A DNA stretch of 64,000 nucleotides from NCBI GenBank assembly GCA_964016885.1, contig OZ024740.1, positions 275,652,001 to 275,716,000 of the forward strand. The letters are read 5' to 3'. This stretch comes from Eledone cirrhosa (taxonomy: Eukaryota). The notes beneath the pieces are model-generated. The model searched no databases. It was not told the DNA's origin and saw only the letters and a list, made by a program, of their open reading frames with translations. The position numbers and the translations under genes are program-made. Shown piece by piece: positions 37,578 to 50,879 of this stretch. The stretch's first letter is position 1, and every line of letters starts with the position of its first letter.

Positions 37578-38161
37578 TACACACATTCAGACTTACACAC
37601 AAAAAGCAAGAAAAGAAAATTGGGAAGTAAGGGATGGTAGGGCTAGTGATGGTGTTGCTGTCAGTTACTGTGGTGGTGGTGGTGGTGGTGGTGGTGGCAG
37701 TGGTGGGGATGGCGGTAGTGGTGGTGCACAATCAACCGAATATGGTTCTCTTATAGCTAATTAGCAGAATCTTAATTTCCTTCACACAAAATCGCTGCAG
37801 CTTCAGAATTCAGTGCCATGTTTGCAATGGGATGCAGTTACTGCGGTGGGTCTGTGGGTAGGCCATCTTGTAATCAAGGCATTTGCAGAGGCCTAATTAG
37901 ATAATTATAATAGAGCCTTTTGCAGTATCGGGGGGTAGACATGTGTATATGCATATTTGTGAAAGTGCGTGAGTAAGTGTGAGATTCTGAATATGTTTAT
38001 ATGTGTATTGTGTGTGAGTGCATTCATGCATAGATTTGACACATTTGTTCACACCTTTGCACTGCATTAAGCTGATGTGCATGTGGGGGTGGGTGTTGAG
38101 AAAAAGAAGAAGAGAAAAGGAGAAGGAGAAGGAGGACATGTTTGTGTGTATGTGTATATGT

Positions 38162-38515
38162 GTGGTGGTGCTAGTGGTGCTAGTGGTGGTGGTGGTGGTG
38201 GTGGTGGTGGTGCTAGTGGTGGTGCTAGTAGTGGTGGTGGTAGAGGTGGTGCTAGTGGTGCTAGTGGTGGAGGTGGTGGTGGTAGTGGTGGTGGTGGTGG
38301 TGGTGGCGGTGGTGCTAGTAGTGGTGGTGGTGGTGGTCGTGCTAGTGGTGGTGCTAGTAGTGGTGGTGGTAGTGGTGCTAGTAGTGGTGGTGGTAGTGGT
38401 GGTGCTAGTGGTGCTAGTGGTGGTGGTGGTGGTGGTGGTGGTGGTGGTGGTGGTGGTGGTGGTGGTGGTGGTGGTGGTAGTGGTGATGGTGGTGGTGGTG
38501 GTGGTGGTGGTAGTG
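38162..38515. repeat. (GGT)n repeat interrupted by GCTAGT
   Basis: Direct reading; a shorter run lies at 37670-37725. Confidence 0.95.
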
Positions 38516-38714
38516 AAGTAAAGATGCTGTAGTGAATGGATAGAAAATGAAAACTTAAATGAAATGCTACATCGGTATATTGCAATGGTTTCAGGTTTGA
38601 TGCAGATTGATAATGAAAAAGACAAGAAGGGATAATGAAAATGTGAGAAAGAGAAGGAGAGAGTGAGGGTAGGAGGAGAAAGTGAAGCAGAAGGAAGGAG
38701 GAAGATAGATATAT

Positions 38715-39025
38715 TTCTTTATTAGCCACAGGGGCACAAAAGAAGGGGACAAATACAAAGGGGGAAGTTTACATACAATAAAAACGTGTAAAATGTTATC
38801 ACAGATGGAATTTAAAAGTTAGTCGATTTTCCCCAATAGAGGGAGACAGTTTATATGGGTAACACAGACCCCCGAAAAAAATGTGCAACCCTCATCTCCA
38901 GGAGTACGAAGAGCTTGTACTCCTTTCCTCTCCTCCTCCTTTTCCTCAACCTACAGGCTGATATAGAGAGAAGGCCCATTCACTCGGGCCATTCTCGCCA
39001 CTTTCACCCACCTTTCATAAAACTT
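38715..39025 (-). mobile_element. Possible L1/Tx1-like LINE 3' end
   Basis: Minus strand reads FYERWVKVARMARVNGPSLYISL*, followed by a UTR ending in AATAAA near 38718; F..RW is typical of Tx1-like ORF2 ends. Confidence 0.4.
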
Positions 39026-39204
39026 AAGATAGATAGACAGACAGTCAGATATAAGAATTAGACCCATTGTGAGTGAGTGATTAAAAATGAATCAAAAAGG
39101 GAGAGAGAGAGGAAAGCAGCAAACAAGAGAAAGATACCAAGAGGAAAGGGGAAAAGAGAGATACCAACGGACAGAGAGGAGAGGAAAAGTGAAAGAAACG
39201 AGAA

Positions 39205-41035
39205 AGAGAGAGGGAGAGAGAGGTTAGTAGATATATAGGGAGAAAATAGAGAGGTGGGGGAGAGAAAGAGAGAGGTGGGTAGATATAAAGAGAGAAGATA
39301 GAGAGGTGGAGGAGAGGGAGAGAGAGGTGAGTAGATATAAAGGGAGAAAATAGAGAGGTGGGTAGATATAAAGAGAGAAGATAGAGAGGTGGTGGAGAGG
39401 GAGAGAGAGGTGGGTAGATATAAAGAGAGAAGATAGAGAGGTGGTGGAGAGGGGGAGAGAGGTGGGTAGATATAAAGGGAGAAAATAGAGAGGTGGAGGA
39501 GAGGGAGAGAGAGGTTAGTAGATATAAAGGGAGAAGATAGAGAGGTGGAGGAGAGGAAGAGAGAAGTGGGTAGATATAAAGAGAGAAGATAGAGAGGTGT
39601 GGGAGAGGGAGAGAGAGGTGGGTAGATATAAAGAGAGAAAATAGAGAGGTGTGGGAGAGGGAGAGAGAGGTGGGTAGATATAAAGGGAGAAAATAGAGAG
39701 GTGGAGGAGAGGGAGAGAGAGGTGAGTAGATATAAAGGGAGAAAATAGAGAGGTGGAGGAGAGGGAGAGAGAGGTGGGTAGATATAAAGAGAGAAGATAG
39801 AGAGGTGTGGGAGAGGGGGAGAGAGGTTAGTAGATATAAAGGGAGAAAATAGAGAGGTGGATGAGAGGGAGAGAGAGGTTAGTAGATATAAAGGGAGAAA
39901 ATAGAGAGGTGGAGGAGAGGGAGAGAGAGGTTAGTAGATATAAAGGGAGAAAATAGAGAGGTGGATGAGAGGGAGAGAGAGGGTTAGTAGATATAAAGGG
40001 AGAAGGTAGAGAGGGGGAGGAGAGGGAGAGAGAGGTTAGTAGATATAAAGGGAGAAAATAGAGAGGGGGAGGAGAGGGAGAGAGAGGGTTAGTAGATATA
40101 AAGGGAGAAAATAGAGAGGTGGATGAGAGAGAGAGAGAGGTTAGTAGATATAAAGGGAGAAAATAGAGAGGTGGATGAGAGGGAGAGAGAGGTTAGTAAA
40201 TATAAAGGGAGAAAATAGAGAGGGGGAGGAGAGGGGGAGAGAGGTTAGTAGATATAAAGGGAGAAAATAGAGAGGGGGAGGAGAGGGGGAGAGAGGTTAG
40301 TAGATATAAAGGGAGAAAATAGAGAGGTGGATGAGAGGGAGAGAGAGGTTAGTAAATATAAAGGGAGAAAATAGAGAGGGGGAGGAGAGGGAGAGAGAGG
40401 TTAGTAGATATAAAGGGAGAACATAGAGAGGTGGATGAGAGGGAGAGAGAGGTTAGTAGATATAAAGGGAGAAAATAGAGAGGTGGATGAGAGGGAGAGA
40501 GAGGTTAGTAGATATAAAGGGAGAAAATAGAGAGGGGGAGGAGAGGGAGAGAGAGGTTAGTAGATATAAAGGGAGAAAATAGAGAGGTGGATGAGAGGGA
40601 GAGAGAGGTTAGTAGATATAAAGGGAGAAAATAGAGAGGTGGATGAGAGGGAGACTGAGGTTAGTAGATATAAAGGGAGAACATGGAGAGGTGGAGGAGA
40701 GGGAGAGAGAGGGTTAGTAGATATAAAGGGAGAAGGTAGAGAAGTGGAGGAGAGGGAGAGAGAGGTTAGTAGATATAAAGGGAGAAAATAGAGAGGTGGA
40801 GGAGAAGGAGAGAGAGGTTAGTAGATATAAAGGGAGAAGATAGAGAGGTGGAGGAGAGGGAGAGAAAGGTGGGTAGATATAAAGGAGAGAAAGGTGGGTA
40901 GATATAAAGGGGAGAAAGGTGGGTAGATATAAAGGAGAGAAAGGTGGGTAGATATAAAGGGGTGAAAGGTGGGTAGATATAAAGGAGAGAAAGGTGGGTA
41001 GATATAAAGGAGAGAAAGGTGGGTAGATATAAAAG
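39205..41035. repeat. Purine-rich 52-bp minisatellite that changes to a 25-bp unit
   Basis: GTAGATATAAAGGGAGAAAATAGAGAGGTGGAGGAGAGGGAGAGAGAGGTTA x ~30; from ~40870, GTAGATATAAAGGAGAGAAAGGTGG x ~7. Confidence 0.95.
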
Positions 41036-41155
41036 AAGATAGAAGTTGGGGAGAGGGAGAGAAGGCAAGAGGTAGAATGAAAGAAAACAGAAAGCTGAAA
41101 AGGCTGATCCTGCATTAGGACAGGATAGAGAAGAACATGTAGTGTGTGTGTGTAT

Positions 41156-41260
41156 GAGAGAGAGAGAGACGAGAGAGAGAGAGAGACGAGAGAGAGAGAG
41201 AGAGACGAGAGAGAGAGAGAGAGAGTAAAAGTGGAAGGGAGAAGTGAATAGCAAGTAACT

Positions 41261-41294
<34 letters not shown>

Positions 41295-41327
41295 AAAAGT
41301 GGAAGGGAGAAGTGAATAGCAAGTAAC

Positions 41328-41361
<34 letters not shown>

Positions 41362-41517
41362 AAAGTGGAAGGGAGAAGTGAATAGAAAGTAATTTTGATA
41401 GAGGGAGAGAGAGAGAGAGAGAGAGAGAGTGAAAGGGAGAAGTGAATAGAAAGTAACTTTGAGAGAGAGAGAGTATAGTGGAAGGGAGAAGGGAATAGAA
41501 AGTAACTTTGATAGAGG

Positions 41518-41569
<52 letters not shown>

Positions 41570-41620
41570 AAAGTGGAAGGGAGAAGTGAATAGAAAGTAA
41601 GTTTGATAGAGGGAGAGAAA
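41156..41620. repeat. Compound repeat: ~40-bp unit separated by variable (GA)n
   Basis: GTAAAAGTGGAAGGGAGAAGTGAATAG(C/A)AAGTAACTTTGA, about 6 times. Confidence 0.9.
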
Positions 41621-41692
41621 GGTAAGAGGGAAAAGAGAATGATAAAGAGAATTAATCTTGATGACTGATAGACATGCAGACAGACATATTGT

Positions 41693-42350
41693 GAAACAAT
41701 AAGGGTTAGACCTTACTGAACTGATAGGGTTCTGTGGTCCCTATCAGTAATTCTTCCCTCATCATCATCAGGTATTATCTTTGAGCAGCTTGAATAACAT
41801 GGGTTACCATCTCAGTCTTTCTTCTTCAGTCCTTATACAGACATAGGGGGTAAACTGGAAACAATAAGGGTTAGACCTTAGTGAATTGATAGGGTTCTGT
41901 GGTCCCTATCAGTAATTCTTCCCTCATCATCATCAGGTATCATCTTTGAGCAGCTTGAATAACATGGGGTACCATCTCAGTCTTTCTTCTTCAGTCCTTA
42001 TACAGACATAGGGGGTAAACTGGAAACAATAAGGGTTACACCTTACTGAATTGATAGGGTTCTGTGGTCCCTATCAGTAATTCTTCCCTCATCATCATCA
42101 GGTATCATCTTTGAGCAGCTTGAATAACATGGGTTACCATCTCAGTCTTTCTTCTTCAGTCCTTATACAGACATAGGGGGTAAACTGGAAACAATAAGGG
42201 TTAGACCTTACTGAATTGATAGGGTTCTGTGGTCCCTATCAGTAATTCTTCCCTCATCATCATCAGGTATCATCTTTGAGCAGCTTGAATAACATGGGTT
42301 ACCATCTCAGTCTTTCTTGTTGTGTTCTTATACAGACATAGGGGGTAAAC
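41693..42350. repeat. 165-bp tandem repeat x4
   Basis: GAAACAATAAGGG at 41693, 41858, 42023 and 42188; near-identical units with an internal inverted repeat TGATAGGG...CCCTATCA. Confidence 0.97.
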
Positions 42351-43334
42351 ATTAAGAGTTGTTAGAGCATTGGGTTAAGTGCCTCAGTATATCTTCCAGC
42401 TCTCTGCCCTCAAATCCTGACATGATCAACTCTGCTGTCCATCCTTTCAAGGCTAATAAATAGGGATAGGGAATTAATAGAATTGTAATCTTTTGTGTTT
42501 TTTCAATTAATTGGCTTTCACTCATTTCCTCCCCCCACCCCTCCTCCTCCTCCACCACCACCTCCTCCTCTACCTCTCCTCCTCATCATCATCATCATCT
42601 TTGTCATCGTCATCACCGTCATCATCATCATATATCCAACTCCCACACTTTGGGCAATTCTCATGGTGTAAGTCTAGATTGGTCAAAATGACTTATGTTG
42701 CTTATATGTTCCACATTTGGCATGGTGTTTCTGAATGGATGCCCATTCTAATGCCAACCACCTTGCCTATTGTACTCTGAGCATCTTTTGTGGAACCACC
42801 ACTATCTCTTTCAGAGTTTACCAGAGTTTTTTTTTTTTTTTGTTTTGTTTTTTTTTTTGTTTGAAGGAGCAAGCACTGACACTAACATTTTGCAGGGTAT
42901 ACTGGATGCATTTTTTCATGGCAGCAGCACTAGAGAATTGTTACAAGCTCATCTAGAATGTGAGGTTCTCTGAAGCCCTATTTTGTCTCCATCCAGTCAC
43001 CCAATGTAGTCTCTGTTTTCTCACTACATTTATTTTTTTGTGCCATAGTACTTATACAGGTATGTTGGTAAATTGGCAGACGTTAGAACATTGGATAGAA
43101 TGCTTTGTAGTATTCATTTCTGCTTTCTGCTCTCTAAGTTCAAATCCCGCCATGGTCAACTTTCATAAGCTGATCATGGAATGACCAAATGATGTTTATT
43201 TTTCAACATAGTCTCTGGAAAGAAACAATGTAGTTATTAATAAGGAGAGTTGAAATTTAGGCATCCAAGATTTCACAGCTCTAGCATCACTCCTTTATAG
43301 CTGTTGAACATTCCTGCCCACCTTAGTACTTACT

Positions 43335-43515
43335 ACTACTACTTTGACGCTAAACTCCACCAGTTGCAGACTATGCATCACCATAAGATTTTTTTCTCCA
43401 CAAAGTTTGATCACCAACAGCAGAGTTTAACGAGCAAAGGTCAAGTCCAGTCCATAAGTTGACATTATCAAACCATCGATTTGGCTGCTGACTTCTGCTT
43501 CTCTTACCAGTAAAC
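43335..43515 (-). mobile_element. 3' end of a third LINE family
   Basis: Reverse-complement homolog of 52720-52890, with a (TAC)n run at its 3' end. Confidence 0.7.
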
Positions 43516-43536
43516 TTTCTTTAGTACTGGTATCAA

Positions 43537-43610
43537 TAGTGGTAATTTGGCTATCATGACTACTGTGCTAACCATTTAGCACAGTGTTCATGATAGTCAA
43601 ATTACCACTA
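43537..43610. other. Near-perfect 35-bp hairpin with 4-nt loop
   Basis: TAGTGGTAATTTGGCTATCATGACTACTGTGCTAA-CCAT-TTAGCACAGTGTTCATGATAGTCAAATTACCACTA. Confidence 0.85.
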
Positions 43611-43743
43611 CTCTTTACTCCCAATTCATCTTGTAATTATTTGTAGGTCTTTATTGCACATCTTGAATTCTAATAAGCATTTACTCATCTTAATGTGTTT
43701 CCCACCATCAAAACACTTAGTATAGTCTGTATGGCATGTACAA

Positions 43744-43941
43744 CCTTATAGCATTTACATTATTCTATATTTACTACTGTATTTTCACAGTAAAGGTTTC
43801 ATCTCACATAATTATCCCACATACTATCGAATCTATGAGATTTTGATGTTATTTATTTTGAGAACAATACCTTAATGTAGGTATGAGCAGCCAGTTACAA
43901 GGGGTGAGAGAATTATGGCCGCTGATTTAAATGCTAAAGGG
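43744..43941 (-). mobile_element. piggyBac-type MITE, diverged
   Basis: Family internal sequence and TAAATGCTAAAGGG end. Confidence 0.75.
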
Positions 43942-44339
43942 ATAAACAACTTTATTTATGCTTCTCACATGAGGTTCTTCATTTTCACAAGTTCTCTTTT
44001 CTGATCTAAAACCCCTTTACAGTTGATATATTGCTTCATTTATTCTTTCTGTAATTTTTTGTTGAGTGACATTCTTGTAAAATTTAGTCGCATGACCCAT
44101 TGGTATTAGCCACAGCAGATTTCTTCCAGAGAGAAAGGATAAAGAAAGAGAACTAAAGAGAGAGGGAAAGAAGGAATGACCTCCACTGGTTTGGTACTTT
44201 ATTTATCGACCTTGAAGAAATGAAATACAAAGTAAACCTTGGCCTGATTTAAACTCAGAACACAGAAAGCTGACAGAAATACTGCAAGCTATTCTGTCTA
44301 ACACTGTAGTAACTGTGCTAATTTACTTCATTTGTCATA

Positions 44340-45180
44340 ATAGAGAATTTTTTAGTCTTTCATCATTCATCTTGGGTAGTGTTATGTCTCTTCTTTGAAT
44401 AAATGTAGGTCTTTTGCACATATTGTTAGGTGAAATACTTTTGCCACAGAGAAAAACTGGCTTACAACTTCTTGTGCTTCCTAGAAAGAATTAGCTGCAA
44501 GGGCTGCATCATCTGCAAACAAGAAGACTGAAAGACTTTTCATCTTAATAAGAGTCTTGCCTTAAAGCTTTGGCGATTAAAAAATCCACCTGATGTTATA
44601 AATTCAAACAAAACACCATAACATACTGATACTTGGGTTGCTGAAGAAAAATAGACTGTCATGATAGATTATATTCCCTGAAGCTATACTCTAGCATCAG
44701 AGAAAATCAAATAACAAAGAAAACAGATGCCATTACACACCCCTGCTTTATCCCATTTTTCACACAAAAAGGATCTGATGAACAGCCAAATGACTTAACA
44801 GACGTTTACATGTTTCCATGGAAGGTTATTATAATATTGAGCATCTTATTAGGAATCTCAATCTTCTTCAGCACTAACCATAAAGCATCATCATTGACAA
44901 AGTCAAAACTCTTTATGGTGTCAACAAAGGCTATAATGAAATCACTGCTCTTCTCCCATGCTTTCTCTGCAGCTTGCTGCAAGCAATATACCATGTCTGT
45001 GGTTCCTCTCCTAAGACAAACATGATCTACCAGGTGCATTATTATTCTGTTGAGAATAATTCAAGCAAAAATTTTGCCTGCCACCGAAAGCCATGATATA
45101 CCTCAATGATTGTCACACAATTCTTTTTTGCCTCTTTATTTAAACAGATGGGCAATAGAGAAGTCTTTAAATTCTATAAC
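44340..45180 (-). pseudogene. Decayed RTE/BovB-like reverse transcriptase fragment
   Basis: RGTTDMVYCLQQAAEKAWEK...AFVDTIKSFDFVN...LWLVLKK; further along GIKQGCV and LFADDAALAANS-like motifs, with stops and frameshifts. Confidence 0.75.
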
Positions 45181-45262
45181 TAATCTTGGAAATCCTGCTG
45201 AATTCATGGGCCCTGCACTAGACTAAGCCATTAAATTTAATTAATATCCTCTGAAAAATAGT

Positions 45263-45456
45263 AGGGTGATGGATTGGCAGTATCGGTAGAGGGTCTGACG
45301 CCATGCTTTCCAGCATAGAGTTACGTCCCTCTACGATCTGAGTTCAAATCCTGCCGAGGTTAACTTTGCCTTTCATTCTTACGGGGTCGATAAAATAAAG
45401 CACCAGAAATGCACTGGGATAATTGCTGGCCTTGTGCCAAAATTAGTAACAGTTAT
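45263..45456 (+). mobile_element. SINE family A, full length
   Basis: A and B boxes, central domain and tail as in 7464-7655. Confidence 0.85.
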
Positions 45457-46120
45457 TAATCATGTGTGAAATCATTTCTTGTACTGTTAAATGAAATATA
45501 AATTTATACTCAGGATCTCCAAAAGATATTTGAGAGGTGGAAATACATTGCTTTCAGGACCTGGGAGCTTCTCTTAAAATTAAAAGGGTTTGAGAGTTAT
45601 TGAGGCAAAGTTTAAGGTGGCAGATATTCAAGGCTCCCCTCTTTCATTCTTTGGGATCCACATGAATATACCTGGTGGTATTTACATTTTCTTTCTTACG
45701 AAATTCAACACCAAAATTGTTTCAATTCAGCTGATATCATGTCATTATAGTGATAAGTTGGTGGGGAGATGATTTCTATGTTTCTTAACCTACTAGAAAT
45801 AGCAGCCAAAGTTACTCAGATCTCATTCTAGTAATGTATTAAAAACATTAAAATTTTCCAAATATCTTCGCATTATACAACTCACCAGAAAACCTGGTAG
45901 TAATAATATGCACAGCATAACTGACACACAAGTATACCAGAGCACAGCGGTTGAAAAAACTGCAATATACCATGCCATTTTTAGTTGCTACCTCAAATCT
46001 CCCATCTTATTACAGAAACCAAAACATTCAGACATATAGATATTTGGCCTTGATTGAGCAGACTTATAATCAAAGTCATATTGTCTTTTCCCACAGTTTA
46101 CTTCATACTGCATTCACATT

Positions 46121-46323
46121 TTAACATTTAACTTACTCTATATTTACTATCATATTTTCACAGTAATCACTTTATTTCATATAATTGTCTCACATAATAT
46201 CGAATCTATGAGATTTTGATATTATTTATTTTAACATGAGTATGTGCAGCTGGTTATGGCTGGTTTGAACAGGAAGAGGTGAGAGAATTCTGGTCAGATA
46301 CAGCCAGTTTAAATGCTAAAGGG
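46121..46323 (-). mobile_element. piggyBac-type MITE, one TIR damaged
   Basis: Ends TAAATGCTAAAGGG-TTAA; family internal sequence. Confidence 0.75.
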
Positions 46324-46798
46324 TTAAGCCACATTTCCTTCAATATTTCTTAAATCAAGCCTTTCTGTCTTTTAAAAAGAGAGAAGGACTTGATTTTTGA
46401 GATATGTAGCTGCTATTTCTAGCTGATTGTAAAGCCACATTCAAGTTCCATTATAGACAGATGTTTATTTGATAAGAGTCTAGATGAGAAATATTTAGAA
46501 AATATAACATTGTTTACCTGAAATGTTTCATAGTAATAATTTTTTTCTCTCTCCTATCAGTGATTTATGACAAACTGACTGGTTTGAATTGAAAGATAAT
46601 AGTATTTCCATGCATAGACTCACAGATAGGCACGCAGGTTTACATATACATACTCACATGCATGTACATATAAAAAGTTGAAAGCCATATAAATACATTC
46701 ATATATATGTATATAAATATAAATACAAATATTGATATATATCATCATCATCATCCTTATTTTATATCCTCTGTTCCACACTTGCATATATATGTATA

Positions 46799-46890
<92 letters not shown>

Positions 46891-46933
46891 TATATATGTA
46901 TATGTACATATATATATATATATATACATATAC

Positions 46934-48330
<1,397 letters not shown>

Positions 48331-48339
48331 ACATATATA

Positions 48340-48391
<52 letters not shown>

Positions 48392-49059
48392 TCTATATAC
48401 ATTTATATATACATATATATATACACACATGTGTACGTGTATGTTAATATAAGCACAGGTATATTTCCTACACTAAGATAAATATATGCAACTTGAATTG
48501 ATGTTAAAAATAAAATAAAACTAATATATAAAATGAGAATGAGATATAAATCATGTTATATTTTATAAAATATTTACTGATGGATCAAATAGATCGGCTT
48601 TAAGCCTACATGGAAGAAAGAGTGTCAAATGAATGTTAGTCACAAAGAGAATATGAGAATGGCGATTAGGATAGAAATGGGGAGAGAGTTATAATAATAA
48701 GAATGTAAGAGTTGTACATAAGGTGGAAGGAATGAAGGAGAAAGCTATGGACATGAAAGGAAGGTTGTATCACATAAATATAGAATTTGATGGTCAGATA
48801 GATGTATGGATTTAACAAGAATAAAGAATTTGGTACAAGAATAAAGAATTGAATTTGCAAAAATTTGAGATAAGCCTTCAAGTCAAAAGTATGACAACAA
48901 TATAATTTAACAGTATAGAAACAAAATATGCTAAATAAATATTTTGTGAAATATTGAGATCAAGTGTGTGTTTATTATCAGTTCCTTCCATTAAGAAGTT
49001 GAGCAATTTAAAATGTTAAGTTATTTAAAGTTATTCTATCTGAGAAACTTGTAAGTATA

Positions 49060-49310
49060 TAAAGTGCATGGCTCAGTCCTCAATCCACTTCTGTTTATCA
49101 TTGTTCTTCACAGAGGAGTTTATGACTTTATGCTGATGATCTAGTCTCTAGTCCTTATAGATGAATTGCATGCATGGAAGAAAAGTCTAGATTCAAAAGG
49201 CCTAAAAGTAAACATAGACTAATGTCTGAATAAGTATGAAGGAGGCCAGGAAGCTGATAACACCAGGGAAGAGGCCTTCTTTGATATGTTGGAAAATAGC
49301 AGGCAGAAAT
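49060..49310 (+). pseudogene. Old degenerate RTE RT fragment
   Basis: TEEF...LYADDLV...WKKSLDSKGLKVN, homologous to copy 1, with indels. Confidence 0.6.
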
Positions 49311-49777
49311 TCCTTAGTAGCTATTTTCACTATCACTATACACTCCTAGCTCTTCTCTATCCAGGATCACCCCATCTCTTAAATCCTAACACATCAGTCA
49401 TAACTAATTACAAGCTGTTCTCTACAATACATTTCTACAACTAAGATCACCCTGCCAAATCTCATCATACTCGTCATACATCACTGACATCATACTTATC
49501 CTTCTTTACCTTCCCTCCCATTCTATTTCACTCCATAAGGTAGCAAGGGCTCATCAGTTGTGTCAATGACCAACAACCTCTCTAGTGTTGGTGCAATGAA
49601 AAATACATCCAGTACATCTTGTAAGGTGGTAAGCAATAAGAAGTACATCCAGTAATAAAAATCATGCTGTTTTTGTAAGCAAGATGCAGGCCCTTAGCAC
49701 AAAATGGACTCTTTGAATCTCATCATGGGTGCTACTCTGATTTGTGGTCTTTTCAGTCCTCAAACTGTAGACACTCC

Positions 49778-49840
<63 letters not shown>

Positions 49841-50017
49841 TCCCAGGTTCAATCGAGGATAACCACAGTAATACATAGTAGAATGTAAACAGCAAATTTA
49901 ATATAGAAATGGCTTCTACAGAACTAGAACTGTTTCATTCGAAGGAAATCATCTGGAAAGCCCTGATGATTTCCTTCGAATGAAACAGTTCTAGTCTTGT
50001 AGAAGACATTTCTATAT
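49841..50017. mobile_element. Palindromic repeat with head-to-head hammerhead cores (Penelope pLTR-like)
   Basis: ~55-bp near-perfect arms from 49901; plus-strand core CTGATGA(49963)-TTTCCTTCGAAT-GAAA-CAG...TTG-TA; minus-strand core mutated to CAGATGA. Confidence 0.62.
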
Positions 50018-50337
50018 GACATATATATATATCAATTAGAGCCCACCAGCTTTTGATTTGTATGCAAATGAGCTTCATAAGTTGATGTTCATAAGCATAA
50101 ATACTATAAGCTTTTAGTTTATTTTCATCTTAGCATCCAAGTGGAGGTTGCCCTTTTGAAGACAGTTAACGAACTAGAATGGCCATTAGGATGCTTTCCC
50201 TTTGTTGCTAAAGACCAGTGGAGAAATCCATCTCTTCTAAAATTTATAGCAAAGCTGTAAAAATGTTTATTTACATGAACGTTTCGTATATATCAATATA
50301 CAATCCCAGTCACACACACACACATATATATATAATG

Positions 50338-50559
50338 TGAAGGCGTGTGGCTGAGTGGTTAGAGAATTGGATTCGCAATCGTGAGGTTGTGAGTTTGATT
50401 CTTGGACTAGGCGATGCGTTATGTCCTTGAGCAAGACACTTTATTTCACGTTGCTCCTTCTACCTGGAGTTGCGACCGATAGATAGTATTAGCAATTGGA
50501 AAGACCAACGGAAACATTGTTCCCTCGGTCCGATTTGACGAAAGTCGATCGTTCGTTCC
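50338..50559 (+). mobile_element. tRNA-derived SINE related to the family B head, with a different tail
   Basis: TGGCTGAGTGGTTAG ... GAGTTTGATTC ... GTCCTTGAGCAAGACACTTTATTTCAC. Confidence 0.7.
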
Positions 50560-50667
50560 ATATATATAATCAGTTATAAAAGTAGCATATGCAGATAATA
50601 AAAATTAACACTAACTCATTCAATCTGCCATATTGTGATAAAGTACCAATATATATATACATATATG

Positions 50668-50876
50668 CAGGGTCACCCAAAAGTCACACAGGGGTTTTAG
50701 TTTTTATTAACTTCCTGAATTGTACAGATTGATGTATGCAATTTTGATACAACTTAAAGGACATAATGGAAATTATTTGGACTCGTCAATCCTTGTCATA
50801 CCTCTACATTACTAAATATTATAAAATAAAACGATTATAAACAGGTGTGACCCTGTGTGACATTTGAGCCACCCTG
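50668..50876. mobile_element. Tc1/mariner-type MITE
   Basis: TIR CAGGGTCACCCAAAAGTCACACAGGG / CCCTGTGTGACATTTGAGCCACCCTG-TA. Confidence 0.72.
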
Positions 50877-50879
50877 TAT

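Noticed and set aside
37897-38729. Gly-rich, Pro-rich or Thr-rich structural protein ORFs
   Set aside because: (GGT)n microsatellite open in several frames and flanked by other simple repeats.
49505-49560. Minus-strand CTGATGA...GAAA as another hammerhead
   Set aside because: No convincing stem I or III; likely a chance match.
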